Source of the DNA: Octopus bimaculoides
Taxonomy: Eukaryota
Assembly: GCF_001194135.2 (NCBI RefSeq)
Contig: NC_068992.1
Coordinates: forward strand, 13,037,466-13,100,384
Reading direction: 5' to 3'
Length of the DNA stretch: 62,919 nt
Shown here: positions 49,664 to 62,919 of the stretch, in pieces
Layout of the letters: each line of letters opens with the position of its first letter
Position numbering within the stretch: the first letter of the stretch is position 1
Made by a program: the position numbers and the translations under genes
Notes under the pieces: generated by a model
What the model saw: only the letters and a program-made list of their open reading frames with translations
Told to the model about the DNA's origin: nothing
Databases searched by the model: none

Positions 49664-52600
49664 NNNNNNNNNNNNNNNNNNNNNNNNNNNNNNNNNNNNN
49701 NNNNNNNNNNNNNNNNNNNNNNNNNNNNNNNNNNNNNNNNNNNNNNNNNNNNNNNNNNNNNNNNNNNNNNNNNNNNNNNNNNNNNNNNNNNNNNNNNNNN
49801 NNNNNNNNNNNNNNNNNNNNNNNNNNNNNNNNNNNNNNNNNNNNNNNNNNNNNNNNNNNNNNNNNNNNNNACATACGTATATTGTGTGTTTGTGTGTGTG
49901 TGTAAGAATAATAGAACAGAAGGGAAAATACATATTAGACACCTAAAAACGAAGATGTATTTCACGGAGATAACAATTGGATTTTTTCATTCCTGCGTTA
50001 TTGTGATATATTTTAGCTATGAATGTGTGGTTCGGCTTGAAATGTTCATCCATTTATAACTAGAACGCCCATGGTTCCAATAGTATAAGATAAGGTTTAT
50101 GTATCATTTTAATGGTTGCTGCAACAGTGTGCATGAATTTGTTCTTTTATTACTCTACGACCTCATCTACTAATCTATCAGGATTGCCATTATTAACAAA
50201 CGGTTGTTTTCCCTTTGGGATTTTCTCAATTAAAGGCTCCATTAGTGGATGGAAAATTAAATGCATTATAGAATTTTTTTATGAATAGGGGCTATCACGC
50301 TTAAAAGATTTTATATAAGCATTTGTTGGTATTTTGTGTGATACTATGTATCATTACTTATTCTTGCATTTATATCTAAGGTGTATTTTTATAACCATAA
50401 TTTTTGTTATAGTTAGCCAGATCCTAAATATATGGATGTTAGCCATGTAGAATTCCGCGAATATAGGCCAGAGTTGATAACCTTAAAGCTAACCTGTTTC
50501 TCCTGTTAAGAGGAAATGATTTTCACTACACTATCTAGACAGCCGTTGGAATATTTATCTTGCCTTACACTTTTACAGTTGGTTTGCAGCAAGGTAAGCA
50601 AAAGTAGAGCCTCTCTTAGTGATTTCGTCTTCCGTTAAAACTCTGAGACATCGCAACGTTTAATACTGCAACCTGTCGACATGCTACACAAGCACTAATT
50701 CACATTTCTTACTCAGTGACAAGTGACAACTTTTAATACAACTTTTTTTCTATGTGGTTACCTATTTTTAGAAAATTGTTGATGTTCGTTCAGTATAACT
50801 CGAATCTGTCCTAGTAAATGAAGGAATTGCACGCTACTAGATAAATCTACCCTCGGCTTTGTTATATTGGTGTTATATTGGCGTACGGTGGTGGTGTTTG
50901 AATTCCCTTCTTTCCTTATTGTACAGACTTATCGTGTTTTATGATTATTAATGATGTACATCGTATTTTAGCATGCCCCAAACAGAGTAATTGCTTTCTA
51001 CATTTATCTCTGTTCTTATTTCTATCTTTTGAATTCCTTAGTACAGTTGTTTTTGTTTTTTTTACTTGTGATTTTCTTTTTTCGCCTTTTGCGCATATTT
51101 CAATTTCACTTCTACCATTCTGCTGCAACAATGAAGGATACTCATTTTATTTTCTATCTAGTGTGCATTGTACATAAACTTTCCACCTATCTAACTGTTC
51201 TAAATTCATAAGTGACATTATCTCATAAGACCAAACGTCCTTTCTTTGGCTACCACGTAAAACTAGTGAGTAATTTAGGTAGTCAGCCTTCACATCTTTA
51301 AATTTGTATATATGAAAAGAATTTCGTTAAGTCTCAATAAATTCTGTTTTCATTTGATAAGTAAATTGGATAAGGTGATTCGTCACTACAACGAAATGGG
51401 GATTTTCGTATTTTATTATTATTGGATATTTTTTTTTATTGTTTCTCTTATAATGTCTTCTCTTTTTACTTGTCTCATATGATGTGTTTATTGTCAGTAA
51501 AACTTAAGATTCAAATTAGCCGTCGCTGGGATCCGTATACCACGCTTAGGACGATGATTTTCTGAGATGATTCAGTTTTTTAAAGCAATTTATTTCATCG
51601 CATTATGTTTTCATTTTTTTCCCTTTCTTTCTGCAAGATGGCTTTCAAACGCAGTTCTTTGGCTATGAATATCCACTTGTTTTATCAACTAAATGACATG
51701 TTCCTGAACTAATGAGTAAGTGGCTCAGCATCCCGAAGATACACGTTATCGTAATTCTCTGGCAGAATCAGTTAGATAACATTTTTCAACGCTGTATGCA
51801 TTAAATCATAGAAACATTCCACCCGTCAGGCTTCAATACAGTTTCCTACTACCAAATTTAAATCGCAAAGGTGAGAGAACGTGATTTCAGAGAGATTTGG
51901 TTGCTAATCAGAGCAATTCAATCAACCTTCCAATAATTATCTACTAATTCGTGGAGTATCTTATAACAGTTATTGCATTTAGTGCTTTGGCTTTCGTTAG
52001 CAGCATAATTTCACTGTAGTTGCCCAATCGAATGGTTCTTTCCCTCATGTCTTCAATGCTAACAACTTTTGATCGGGTTCTTCTCTCATTTTCTTTGTTT
52101 CTTATTTTTCTCTTCTTTCCTGTATAATATGTACTTTCGTAACCCCCCCACCCCGTTTACTTTTATGCGTGGTGATGAGATTTTATTTTATGCTATTCAT
52201 ATTCGTTTACGAGAACATATATTTACTGAGTCTAAATACTGTTTGCTTTATTTTCAACGTACGCATTCTATATAAGTTATTGCATGTACGTATGAGTGTG
52301 TAGGAATATATAAGTGCATATAAATGTATTTATACTTTTCTCTCTCTCTCTCTCTCTGTGTTTGTGTGTGCGTGTGCGTGTATGTATATCTGCCACTTTT
52401 TCTTTTTTCATACACACACTCACCCCACCCCACATATTTCTTTATAATATCTCTCTACAATACAAATATCTGTATATTCATACTGCATTTCAAATGGTTA
52501 TGTTACACAGGTGTTTATTAGTCTCCGTATTGCATATTTATTTTTCTTCTAAATACTTATACTGGATGTTAGGTTTAGGATGACTGTACTATTTCGCCAA

Positions 52601-53309
52601 ACAGTTTCATTTATTGGATATTGTTAGAAATGTTTTATCGTTCACTTGTATTAATAGCAATAGCAGCAGTAAACGGCTTGTCTCCTTTATTTTCTTCTTC
52701 AAACTTAAACTTTTGGGATACACTGTTTCTAATGATCACATTAAAGTCACTTTTCAATGTTTATTATAAACACTTGGTTTGCTGTATTGTTTTTCTTCCT
52801 ACATATATTTGTTTTGCTATGGTTAATTTGTTTTTTTCTTCACGTAGATTTCGTTATGACTTGATTCGTGTCCTGTTTTTATGAGATCTTACCCTATGTC
52901 TTTATTCATTTCTTCCTGTAAGTAGCATATTCTTTTAAATAATCATTAAAAGTAAAGGCATAAAATATGTATCAATTGTACTTGTTCGGGTACGAATACA
53001 TTTATCACCGACTCGGTTTTTAAATTTGCACTTGGATTCAGTGTTTAACAGTGGAAAGTTTTTACCTTACACACGAAGTGATACAATTTATGTTTTATGT
53101 TGTTATTGAGTTAGGATCAATGCTATTTCAATCTAGTCGAGTTGTTTTGTCGGTTCTCAGGTAGCACCCATAGCTTAAATGTATATCAGTGTTGATCAAC
53201 ACTACCTACGATCAATAAAAATTCTCTCAATGATCATGCAATCTCTGGAAGTTGTAGCGTATCTCAGAATGAATTATGCAAACCATTCCTCCTGTTCTTA
53301 ATATGCGTG

Positions 53310-53415
53310 ATTGTGTGGTATGAAACTTGCTTCCTAACCACATGGTCATGGTTCAGTTACACTAGTTAGCACCTGGGGCAAGTGTCCTCTACTATAGCCT
53401 CGGACCGACCAAAAT
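53310..53415 (+). mobile_element. SINE family B, 5' part
   Basis: gtggtatgaaacttgcttcctaaccacatggtcatggttcag..ggggcaagtgtcctctactatagcctcggaccgaccaaa. Confidence 0.85.
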
Positions 53416-53457
53416 ATACAAAATTCCATTTACTGCTTGCAGTGTGCTAATAGTTAT

Positions 53458-53552
53458 ATGAGTATGTATGTATGTATGTATGTATGTATGTATGTATGTA
53501 TGTTTGTATGTATGTATCGATCTATCTATTTATCTGTCTATCTATCTATCAT
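53458..53552. repeat. (TATG)/(TCTA)n microsatellite
   Basis: Directly visible. Confidence 0.95.
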
Positions 53553-54257
53553 ATATGTTGGAAAACTACCAAGGCGGGGTTGAAAATGTATTAAAATTAT
53601 GTACATATATACATTCTTAAGTAGTTTTCATTTATTTTTGAACACGATGGGTAAATATTTTTATTCCATAAATATAAATATGAAAGTATTTAGCTTACAA
53701 ATGTTTCCGTATAATAGATTTTCTGAAAATATTTTGGTGTTTGTATTGACGAGGTAATTTTGGCGTACTTAGTAAAAACTGAAGGGAGACGAAAATATAA
53801 AAAGAAAAAGGTCGCATGTGAAAAACATCGAGTTTTTCACATAACGAAAGTTTTAGTGAATAAAATTTTCATTATATGTTGCAACCAAAGGAGATTCTGT
53901 ATAAAAGAAAAAATAAGCATATGTATGTCATATAATGTATATATATATAAATATATATATATACAGATATACATAGATTGAAGCATTTATGACAACATAT
54001 AGTTTCAAACAGTGCTGAACATGTATGTATGTATGCATATAGTCGTACAGTTACCTATTTCCCTGCAACATGATAACACCGTGAACCAAAGGTTTTTCAC
54101 TAAAATGTTTTTATCAAATCATTCATTGTCACAAAATATATTGCGAGTTACGCCCAGACAGACATGAGATTTGAATTTGACGCATTGTTGAACTTTTACA
54201 TTTTCGATAATATTTATATATATATTTATATGTCTTCGAATTTCTAGAAATATGTAC

Positions 54258-54379
54258 GCGTGCGTATGTGTGTCCACATGTTAGTTCAATACAATTAGAG
54301 ACAATCTCTAGCGAAAACATTTCCCAAAATTTGAGATATGTAGTATTTAGTAGGTTTGAGAATGAGTCAATTCCAATAT
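54258..54379 (-). CDS. Candidate exon (IGIDSFSNLLNTTYLKFWEMFSLEIVSNCIELTCGHTYAR), gene unknown
   Basis: Lies inside a 97-aa ORF; acceptor aatatttacag and weak donor CGC|GTACAT; phase 0 fits 49370. Confidence 0.25.
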
Positions 54380-55034
54380 CTGTAAATATTTTTGTACCTA
54401 GAGATATTTGTACTACATGCAAATTTCTTCAACTTTCTGGTGGGAGCCGAAGGTTCGAAATGAAATGCAAATTGTGCAATATCAATGCAGAATCGAATTT
54501 TTGGCACCTTAGTATGTGAAGCATTACTCTCATATTTTCAAATATGACCCGAGCTATTTGAAGTATTCATTATATTCACTATTTCACTTGCTATATATAT
54601 ATAATAGAAACAAGTTTCAAAGAAAAGAGGATGCACGTATTATAAACAGGGGAAAAGTAAAAAGAAACAAAAAATGCACATTAGGTATGAAAGTAATGTG
54701 ATTTTAATAATAAAAACAAGGATATATACATACAAACAAAATGGTTCAAGTGGAATTTAGAAGTATAAAAATCCCTATCATGAGCCAGTATAGAATTTCA
54801 TACCGGTTTCTTCATCGCTGTTCACTGAGTTTCAATCAACACCGATTTCCATACGGTGTTGAGTTTAATAATACCTCAGTGAAACTATTGCATGCAAGGG
54901 AGGTAAGCGGATCTGAAAGTAATGCAATTAGGTTGATATGATTAATAGAGTATGAATGGTATATGGGATATATGAGGATTAGTGAGATTATTGGTATTAG
55001 CAAAGTTAGTAGTGTCCTGTATTAAAATGTGCGT

Positions 55035-55440
55035 TTATGTTAAGTTGTGGTTGATATTTATTAATGAAAGTTGCCTCTTCATTTTGTCTTTGATGCACTG
55101 AGGTGTTCTGGGAACATTGTTATAAAGGAAACATTATGAAGTTTGGTTTAAAGATCCTATGTGCTCACTGACCTGTGTCTGTCTATACCATGGGAAGCGG
55201 ATTTGTTCTTTGTCTGATGGACATTCGTGTTTGGCCTGTATAGGGGTTTCCGCAACCTGAGCAGGTAATAATAAAGATTAGGTTTTCATAGGCAGAAGTG
55301 AAATTTGACTTTATCTTAAATATTTTACCTTGTTTGAAGTGAAATTGTGTACCCTCCAAAAGATGGAGGCATGTTCCACAGTTAGGCCGCCCGCAATTTC
55401 CCACTTTTAGTTCATTGAAGAAAATATTCACCCGCGCAAG
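55035..55440 (-). mobile_element. Penelope-like element, GIY-YIG endonuclease fragment
   Basis: CGRPNCGTC..FKIKSNFTSAYENLIFIITCSGCGNPYTGQT..IRQR, then after a frameshift VSEH..EEATFINKYQPQLN. This is the Cys-containing PLE GIY-YIG pattern. Confidence 0.88.
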
Positions 55441-55517
55441 ACAATGGCCTTTAACGGAACATTTAAATTCTTACACCGAACAACGTTCAGGTCATGACTC
55501 CTTCTGCTCACAATTTA

Positions 55518-55625
55518 GAATGCACATGCGTAGGGTGTGATCGTGGCATTGACCACTACAGAGAAAGTTGAACAGAGAATTTTCATCACATTTTGCAAAA
55601 AGCTTGGTGATACCTGCGTGGAAAA
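55518..55625 (+). mobile_element. Mariner-like 5' fragment, related to 16395-16655
   Basis: gtgtgatcgtggcattgaccactacagagaaagttgaacagagaa translates as TTEKVEQRIFITFCKKLGDTCVE. Confidence 0.72.
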
Positions 55626-56319
55626 GCTTGAGTCATCAGCTGTAAAAGACAGTGACTTCCAGTATATATTTTCCCCACGAATTCCGTAGAAATCTAGTGA
55701 CCCAGTGCTTGGTCTGTTGGCACACGTAACAAAATAAGTTTTACTTCTCCATGAAAAGAAAACGAAATGCGATATATGTTATATAAACACAGGTAACAAG
55801 AGGAAGCATTTACATTCTTTTTACATTCTCGCTTTTCCTGGATTATTATATATTTCGTTTCTCTAAAAGAATAGAAACTTCTGAAAGTAAACAGTCCACT
55901 GTATAAAGCTGAGCGTACATAATTTAAATCAGAATATATAATAAAAATCAAAAACGATTATTTATATGTTTAAGTCATTGCAGAACTAATACCAGATTTT
56001 TGTACTGCACCACATCAGAATTCTACGCCAGTAATGTCTGAAATATTCAATGATAGTTTATTTTGGCAGAAGATTTCTCGTGTTATTCTTTCATAATTTA
56101 TTGTGTGTTTAATAAGCCTTAGATTAACTGACATTATTGTTTCTAAGTATTTTAGATTTCGTTTTTGCTGTTGCTGTTCTATCACGTTAGCTTTTCCCCC
56201 ACCCCGTACAGAGAAGTTACCACTTTAATCATTAAATGTGATTAACATTTTGACAAACAGCACCATATATTACATTTCAGTCGGTGAATATTGATAATGT
56301 TATTTAGTTATTTTGGCGA

Positions 56320-56712
<393 letters not shown>

Positions 56713-56924
56713 ATATATAGCATATAGAAAATAGCACTACAAAGCATCGCACACAACCTACGTAATACAGTGAAAATAAGTGAAAATGCAGTGAAATAAG
56801 ATGCAGTGAAAGTACAGTGAAAATAAGAGTATCACAAAAAACCACAGCACATACTCAAGGCACACAGAGCTGCGCATAGTAGTTGCAATGACAGCGCGTG
56901 ATAAAAATAGCACTACTGAATAAT

Positions 56925-56952
56925 ACTAATGATGATGATGAAGAAGAAGAAT

Positions 56953-56998
<46 letters not shown>

Positions 56999-57015
56999 GC
57001 AATAGGAAGAAGGAG
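56925..57015. repeat. GAT/GAA/(AAC)n trinucleotide array
   Basis: Directly visible. Confidence 0.93.
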
Positions 57016-57299
57016 GAGCGTGATGTGTTAATACGCAACAAACAGCAAATGATGGCGCCCTCCTAATACTGGCGAGCTTCCGGCTTGGGTTAATCGAAAA
57101 ACCACCCTCAGGCCGAGGATAACTATGAACACGAAAGTTACAAGCTCTCTATCCTCTCGTTTAGAAACCCATATGCAGAATATTCTCATTCCCGCTAAAT
57201 ATTGTTGCCATTCAGAAGTTGGAAAATACGCCGCAGAAAAAAAAAATTTTTCTTATTTTCCATCAGAGTCATTAAGATTACGATAATTAGACCGACAAG

Positions 57300-57329
57300 G
57301 AAGATGCTGACGATGGTGGTAATGATGAT

Positions 57330-57384
<55 letters not shown>

Positions 57385-57580
57385 GTGATGGTCATGATGA
57401 TGATGATGATGATGGCGACAACGACGATGACGATTATGATGATGATGAGGAGGAGGATTAAGATGAGTACGAAATTGATTATGCTGATTATGATAATGTT
57501 GAAGATGGGGAGTTGGAGGAGGCGAAGGAGAACGATGACGATGTCGACGATGGTGCCGACGATGACAACGATGATGACAA
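57300..57580. repeat. Degenerate (GAT)n / GAC / GAG array
   Basis: Directly visible. Confidence 0.93.
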
Positions 57581-57751
57581 AAACAATTCTAACTAGTAAG
57601 AGATGTATATGGCGTCTTTTTTTCAGAATAAATGGATATGTCTTCCTTTTCGAAAAATATTTTCTCGTATATGACTTCAGATTTTTTTCAGATAGAATGG
57701 CAAAAAAGTCAAGAATGGAAAAAGTACAAGAGTTTACATAACACATGCACA

Positions 57752-57800
<49 letters not shown>

Positions 57801-57967
57801 ACACGAATGCACACCCGTACATANNNNNNNNNNNNNNNNNNNNNNNNNNNNNNNNNNNNNNNNNNNNNNNNNNNNNNNNNNNNNNNNNNNNNNNNNNNNN
57901 NNNNNNNNNNNNNNNNNNNNNNNNNNNNNNNNNNNNNNNNNNNNNNNNNNNNNNNNNNNNNNNNNNN

Positions 57968-57998
<31 letters not shown>

Positions 57999-58841
57999 AT
58001 ACGTATGCATAGAGACAGACAGACAGAAAACAAAGAAACAGACACAAAGACAGCCACACATACAGGCAGAGAGACAGACAGACAGACAGAAATTGGACAG
58101 GAGATTAGATGTATAGAAATAATATAGATAATACGGGAAAATAAAATAAAACATTTCGCTCTTTTTTTTTCCTTACATTTTTCGTCCTTATAAAAATACT
58201 GTGTGAAGGTGTTAATGTCAGTATTCCGTACGATATCAAGTTCAATAGGTCATTCGTTTTTGCTTTCTTTCCGAGTAAATCTAGTAAATCTAGTTATGTA
58301 TTCTACATAAAAAAAATATAATAAGATTTCTACTGTTGCAATTTTTCAGCGAACTCTACACAAGATATACAATTGAAAATAACTTACATTGACATCGTTG
58401 CAAAATGGCCGAAGATAGTTTAATTTGCTATCTGCACGTTTAATGCTTCTGGGAATATATCTGCATTTTTCTTTCTCTTTTACAACAATATTCATGTGTT
58501 ATTGATTATATCAATCTTGCTTTCCAAGACGTCTATCAAGACCGGTCAGATATGGAAGCTACATCTGGAAAGGAATACCAATTCTTCGAGCATAATAGGG
58601 TTGGAATGCTACATACACATAAGTGTGTGCGAATGGTAATTCGTAAGCATTCAGTGTCATATTTCTATTCGAATTTCCATATATGTGTATGTATGTGTGC
58701 ATGTATGTATATGCATATATGTATGCGTGTATATATGTATGTATATACATGTAAATGCATTTGAGTATGTATATAGATAATCATATATATACATACATAT
58801 ATATATATATATATATGCATATATACATATATATATATATA

Positions 58842-58877
<36 letters not shown>

Positions 58878-59223
58878 GAAGATATATAGTGATAAAATTG
58901 GAGAGATAAATTTGCATAAAAGGAAGGAAACTTATCAGATCACAAAAAAAAAATTGTCACATATAAATGCATTGGTGTTAATAAATTTATGAAAGCAGTA
59001 AAAAGAAATTATTCACATTTCTTGGAGAAGAATACATTCTTTCATTGAGACCGCGATTTTACTTCGTTTCTTAAACTTTCTGTTTCTTAAACTTCTGTTT
59101 CGTAAACTTTCCTCCAGGCGACACCCGCCGAATTTGCTGTTTTAGCGACAACATAATTCAATTTGTTTTGGGTTTTTTTCATCGTGAAGCAAGCGTCATG
59201 ATNNNNNNNNNNNNNNNNNNNNN

Positions 59224-59260
<37 letters not shown>

Positions 59261-59643
59261 GAAGATATATAGTGATAAAATTGGAGAGATAAATTTGCAT
59301 AAAAGGAAGGAAACTTATCAGATCACAAAAAAAAAATTGTCACATATAAATGCATTGGTGTTAATAAATTTATGAAAGCAGTAAAAAGAAATTATTCACA
59401 TTTCTTGGAGAAGAATACATTCTTTCATTGAGACCGCGATTTTACTTCGTTTCTTAAACTTTCTGTTTCTTAAACTTCTGTTTCGTAAACTTTCCTCCAG
59501 GCGACACCCGCCGAATTTGCTGTTTTAGCGACAACATAATTCAATTTGTTTTGGGTTTTTTTCATCGTGAAGCAAGCGTCATGATTGTGTCTCTTAAATC
59601 TAAATAGCAATGCCGAAATGTCTCGAATAAAAATGTGCTTTGC

Positions 59644-59728
59644 TTTACTTTCTTTTTTTTACTTTCTTTTTTTTTTTACTTTCTTTTTTTTTTACTTTCT
59701 TTTTTTTTTACTTTCTTTTTTTTTTTTT
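59644..59728. repeat. Five tandem TACTTTC(T)n units
   Basis: Directly visible; reads (A)nGAAAGTA on the minus strand, like a retroposon tail. Confidence 0.9.
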
Positions 59729-60310
59729 GTAAATGTTGTAATCTATATTGGTTTTCATTAAATGCCGTGGTATGATAAACTTTATAACCCTGAACATTGT
59801 CAACGATTTAACTTTGGTTCCTTCCTTTTATCTCGCCCAGTCAAAATACGCGTGAGTAACTCAGAATTTATTTCAAATCTTTCTTCAAATTCTTGATTTT
59901 CATATGATATTCATTGATTTATTTTCTTTTATTTATTTTCTTTTATTTAGCTGCCCTCTTATTTATTATTATCCATGAACCTACTTATGATCCTTTTTCT
60001 ATCAGTTTATTGATATACTCCTACGTCCATCTTTTCTTTGCGTTTTTATCTCTTCATTTAACAACATTTACCAAACTTCTAGGCAGGCGCTTTGATGACA
60101 ACTGGTTATATCTGTTCCTCTTTCTCTTAAAAATTCACTGTTAATCTTTCACCTAATTAAGTAACGAATAAATCTAACTAGCTTGATAATAATTATTCTA
60201 TTATCACAACTTATGACCATAATAATTGAATTACTTTATTCCAGTAGCACAGAAAGGAGGATACTAAACAGCCAAATACCAAATATATATATACGTATAT
60301 TTATGCAAGA

Positions 60311-60361
<51 letters not shown>

Positions 60362-62883
60362 TATATACGGTTAACGTGTATAACGAGCTGTTGAAACATC
60401 AATGTTACAAAAAGTACCACTCGAATTAAGAAAATAAAACAGAATTAACTATTACGAAAGAATGGAATCATTTGCCAAAGACATGAATTGATGAAAGAAT
60501 TAAATTATATTATAATGTTTAAGAAATAGATGGTGGAGTGACATACCGATTTCGTGTGTGGTCTTCGTGTACTGATAGGATAAATATAATTTGTTGTTTT
60601 AGGCTACTCAGCTTTTAGAAAGTGACTAAGCGTCGTTGTCATAATTTAAGTCGTTACGTGAAATGCATACGTACTTGGAGAGCGCATTTTCTAATAGGAC
60701 TATAAACATTTTCAGACATTAGCCTGAAATATCAAGTTTATTGTAAAAATATTCTAATTTAAAGAATATTATTTTATTGAGATATTTTGATACCATTTTA
60801 GCTGAGTTTAATGTCTTAGACCTTGCAATGGATCTATGCATTAGTCTTTGGTTAGATAGACCGGTGAAAAGAGTCATGATTTGGGTTTGAAATCAAGAAT
60901 ACAACTCATTGATCGTTGCTTAAAACTAGCAGGTATATACCAATATTTGCGGCTTGATAAATATGAATAGTGTGGAAAACATTACTCTCGTAGCTTCAGT
61001 GTAGCACATTGCAATTGTGTGAAAGACACTAAGATTTAGTGCTCCAGCAATAATCCTATATGAAATGGTCAAGCCCACCAGCTTTAGCTCTTCAATTCAT
61101 TGTCTGACAGATTGATAATCAGTATAGGTGTTAAACTGCCTACCAAGAACATTACCGTAACTAACTATATTTCTCTTAATAAATCCTGTACAACCGCTCA
61201 GTTGAATCTGAGAGCGTAATATACAGGAATTAACCGTTTTCTTAGATTGCATAGTCAACTCTTTGCAGTATCCATCATTACTGTCATTAACACGGACATA
61301 CATTTCAAGAATATAAAATCAACACGGTGTAATTCTACCAACCTATACGCTATGTGACATATTTTCATGATTACTTCATTGGAACATAGTGAAGTATTCT
61401 TTTAGCTGTAGTAATATAATTTGTCATATTTTATTTCCTTTCTTTCTTGTCTAACAAATAGAAAATTTCTTTCTAAATAACCTGATAAATCGTCTTACTT
61501 CAGAGATCTTTTTACACAATTATGAGCATACTTTGTATTATGCTCACAAATCTTCTATGAGTGTAGGCATTTATTACTTTCTTATTTCTTGTTTCTTTCT
61601 CTTCTTTGTAATATGATCAGAAGCAGTAACGTTAGTACAGAAGGTTAACTGTCGCGAGATTTTTTTTCTTTCTTAATATTCTGTTAGTTCCAAGCAAAAC
61701 GGTCTTTTGGTAATCTTCCAAATTCATTTGCACTTCTATCCGATCCGATTTAGTGAAATAATTTTTTTGATCTTATTTTTACTTTATCATTTTCTTTTTT
61801 GTTTGTAAATTTGTATGAAAGACCAATGTTCCAATTATTAATGGGTCGATTTATTTTTCTTTCTTTTCATTCACATATCAATAACTACAAGTTATTAAAT
61901 CTTTCGTTGAACATTCATTGAAATTTACACTTTTTCCATCACTTCATCGTTCCATCTCTCCAGCTCTCTTCTTCGATCTCTCCTTTTCTAATTCTCTTTG
62001 TCTCTGCTTTTCTTTCTCTCGGGACATATAAAATTACAGTCACGCATAGATTTTCCTTGATCACCGAGATTTTAAGATGTCTGAGATGCAGTTAATGATC
62101 ATGTTGAATATTTAAGTGTCTACACTAACTTAACGTACTCAGTCTCATATTTTAGCTAGAACGTTGTTTATAAAATTTCCCATGGTTTTTCCGGATTCGG
62201 AATATTGATTGCAAGCGTTCGACCAAGGACACATTTAAAAAAAAAAAGCAACAGCCGTAAAATTAATTGACCCCCTTCCTTGGCTATAAATTATCCATAA
62301 CTCCTCATCACTTCGGGGAGCCAAAGAAGATCACGCAATTATGTGAACTCACAGACAAATATATGAGATAGCTTTCTCTTTTCAACAATCTCCGGCATTC
62401 TCCGTTTCTCAATATCTTCCCTCACCAGACATAGACATACTTACCTAGGTATAAACGCATGCATGCATTTATGTACATGTGGAACAATCCCTTAGCCCCT
62501 ATTGTTTTCCAGTCTACTCTGACCCGGAGCAGCAGCACCAGTTAACTAGAATGTGAATCACTGTGAGTGGAAGATTTATAGTTCTCCTTAGAACGTCCTT
62601 CTAAGAGAAGGTAACTTTGGAGTGCAATTGGTCTCTAGTCGTCTCAACTTCTGTTCTGCCGAGCTCAAAACAAATTCACGCTCAAGAACTTAATAGAATA
62701 TCAGGACTATTGCTCGAAATGGTCTTTTTCGGTCAGGAGTTGACTTCAAACACGCACGTGCATAGACACATGCATACACACCCTCACACACAAACACACA
62801 TTCACACGTACACATACACAATCACACACGCACAAATACACACACACTCGCACTCAAACACACACACACACACTTACACAAAC

Positions 62884-62919
<36 letters not shown>

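Noticed and set aside
58852-59584. ~340-bp direct duplication around the 59203 gap
   Set aside because: Identical sequence on both sides of a short N gap starting at a (TA)n tract; most likely an unmerged contig overlap.
62572-62602. Small inverted repeat TTAGAA-CGTCC-TTCTAA resembling a heat-shock element
   Set aside because: Imperfect nGAAn spacing and short enough to arise by chance.

Overview
AT-rich eukaryotic (metazoan) draft-assembly sequence, mostly intronic or intergenic, with 18 N gaps that are nearly all flanked by microsatellites. The repeat content resembles what I recall from Octopus/cephalopod genomes; this is inference, not a database result. Recognisable content is transposon debris: four mariner remnants, one Tc1-like remnant, an R4/Dong LINE 3' end inside TAA repeats, a LINE APE-endonuclease fragment, a Penelope-like GIY-YIG fragment, a 23-aa-repeat (STPR-like, possibly Helitron) relic, and about 20 tRNA-derived SINE copies from three families. 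No complete gene, tRNA/rRNA gene or CRISPR array is supported. Most ORFs in the supplied track are microsatellite or N artefacts. Best leads: (1) three minimal type-I hammerhead-ribozyme folds, each in a different short repeat (2238-2283, 28364-28400, 34203-34246); (2) a phase-compatible chain of candidate minus-strand exons at 54.4-39.8 kb encoding a protein I cannot name, with a competing plus-strand reading; (3) a 155-bp foldback element; (4) a telomere-like array inside a Tc1 remnant. All exon calls are unverified hypotheses, and repeat boundaries are approximate.
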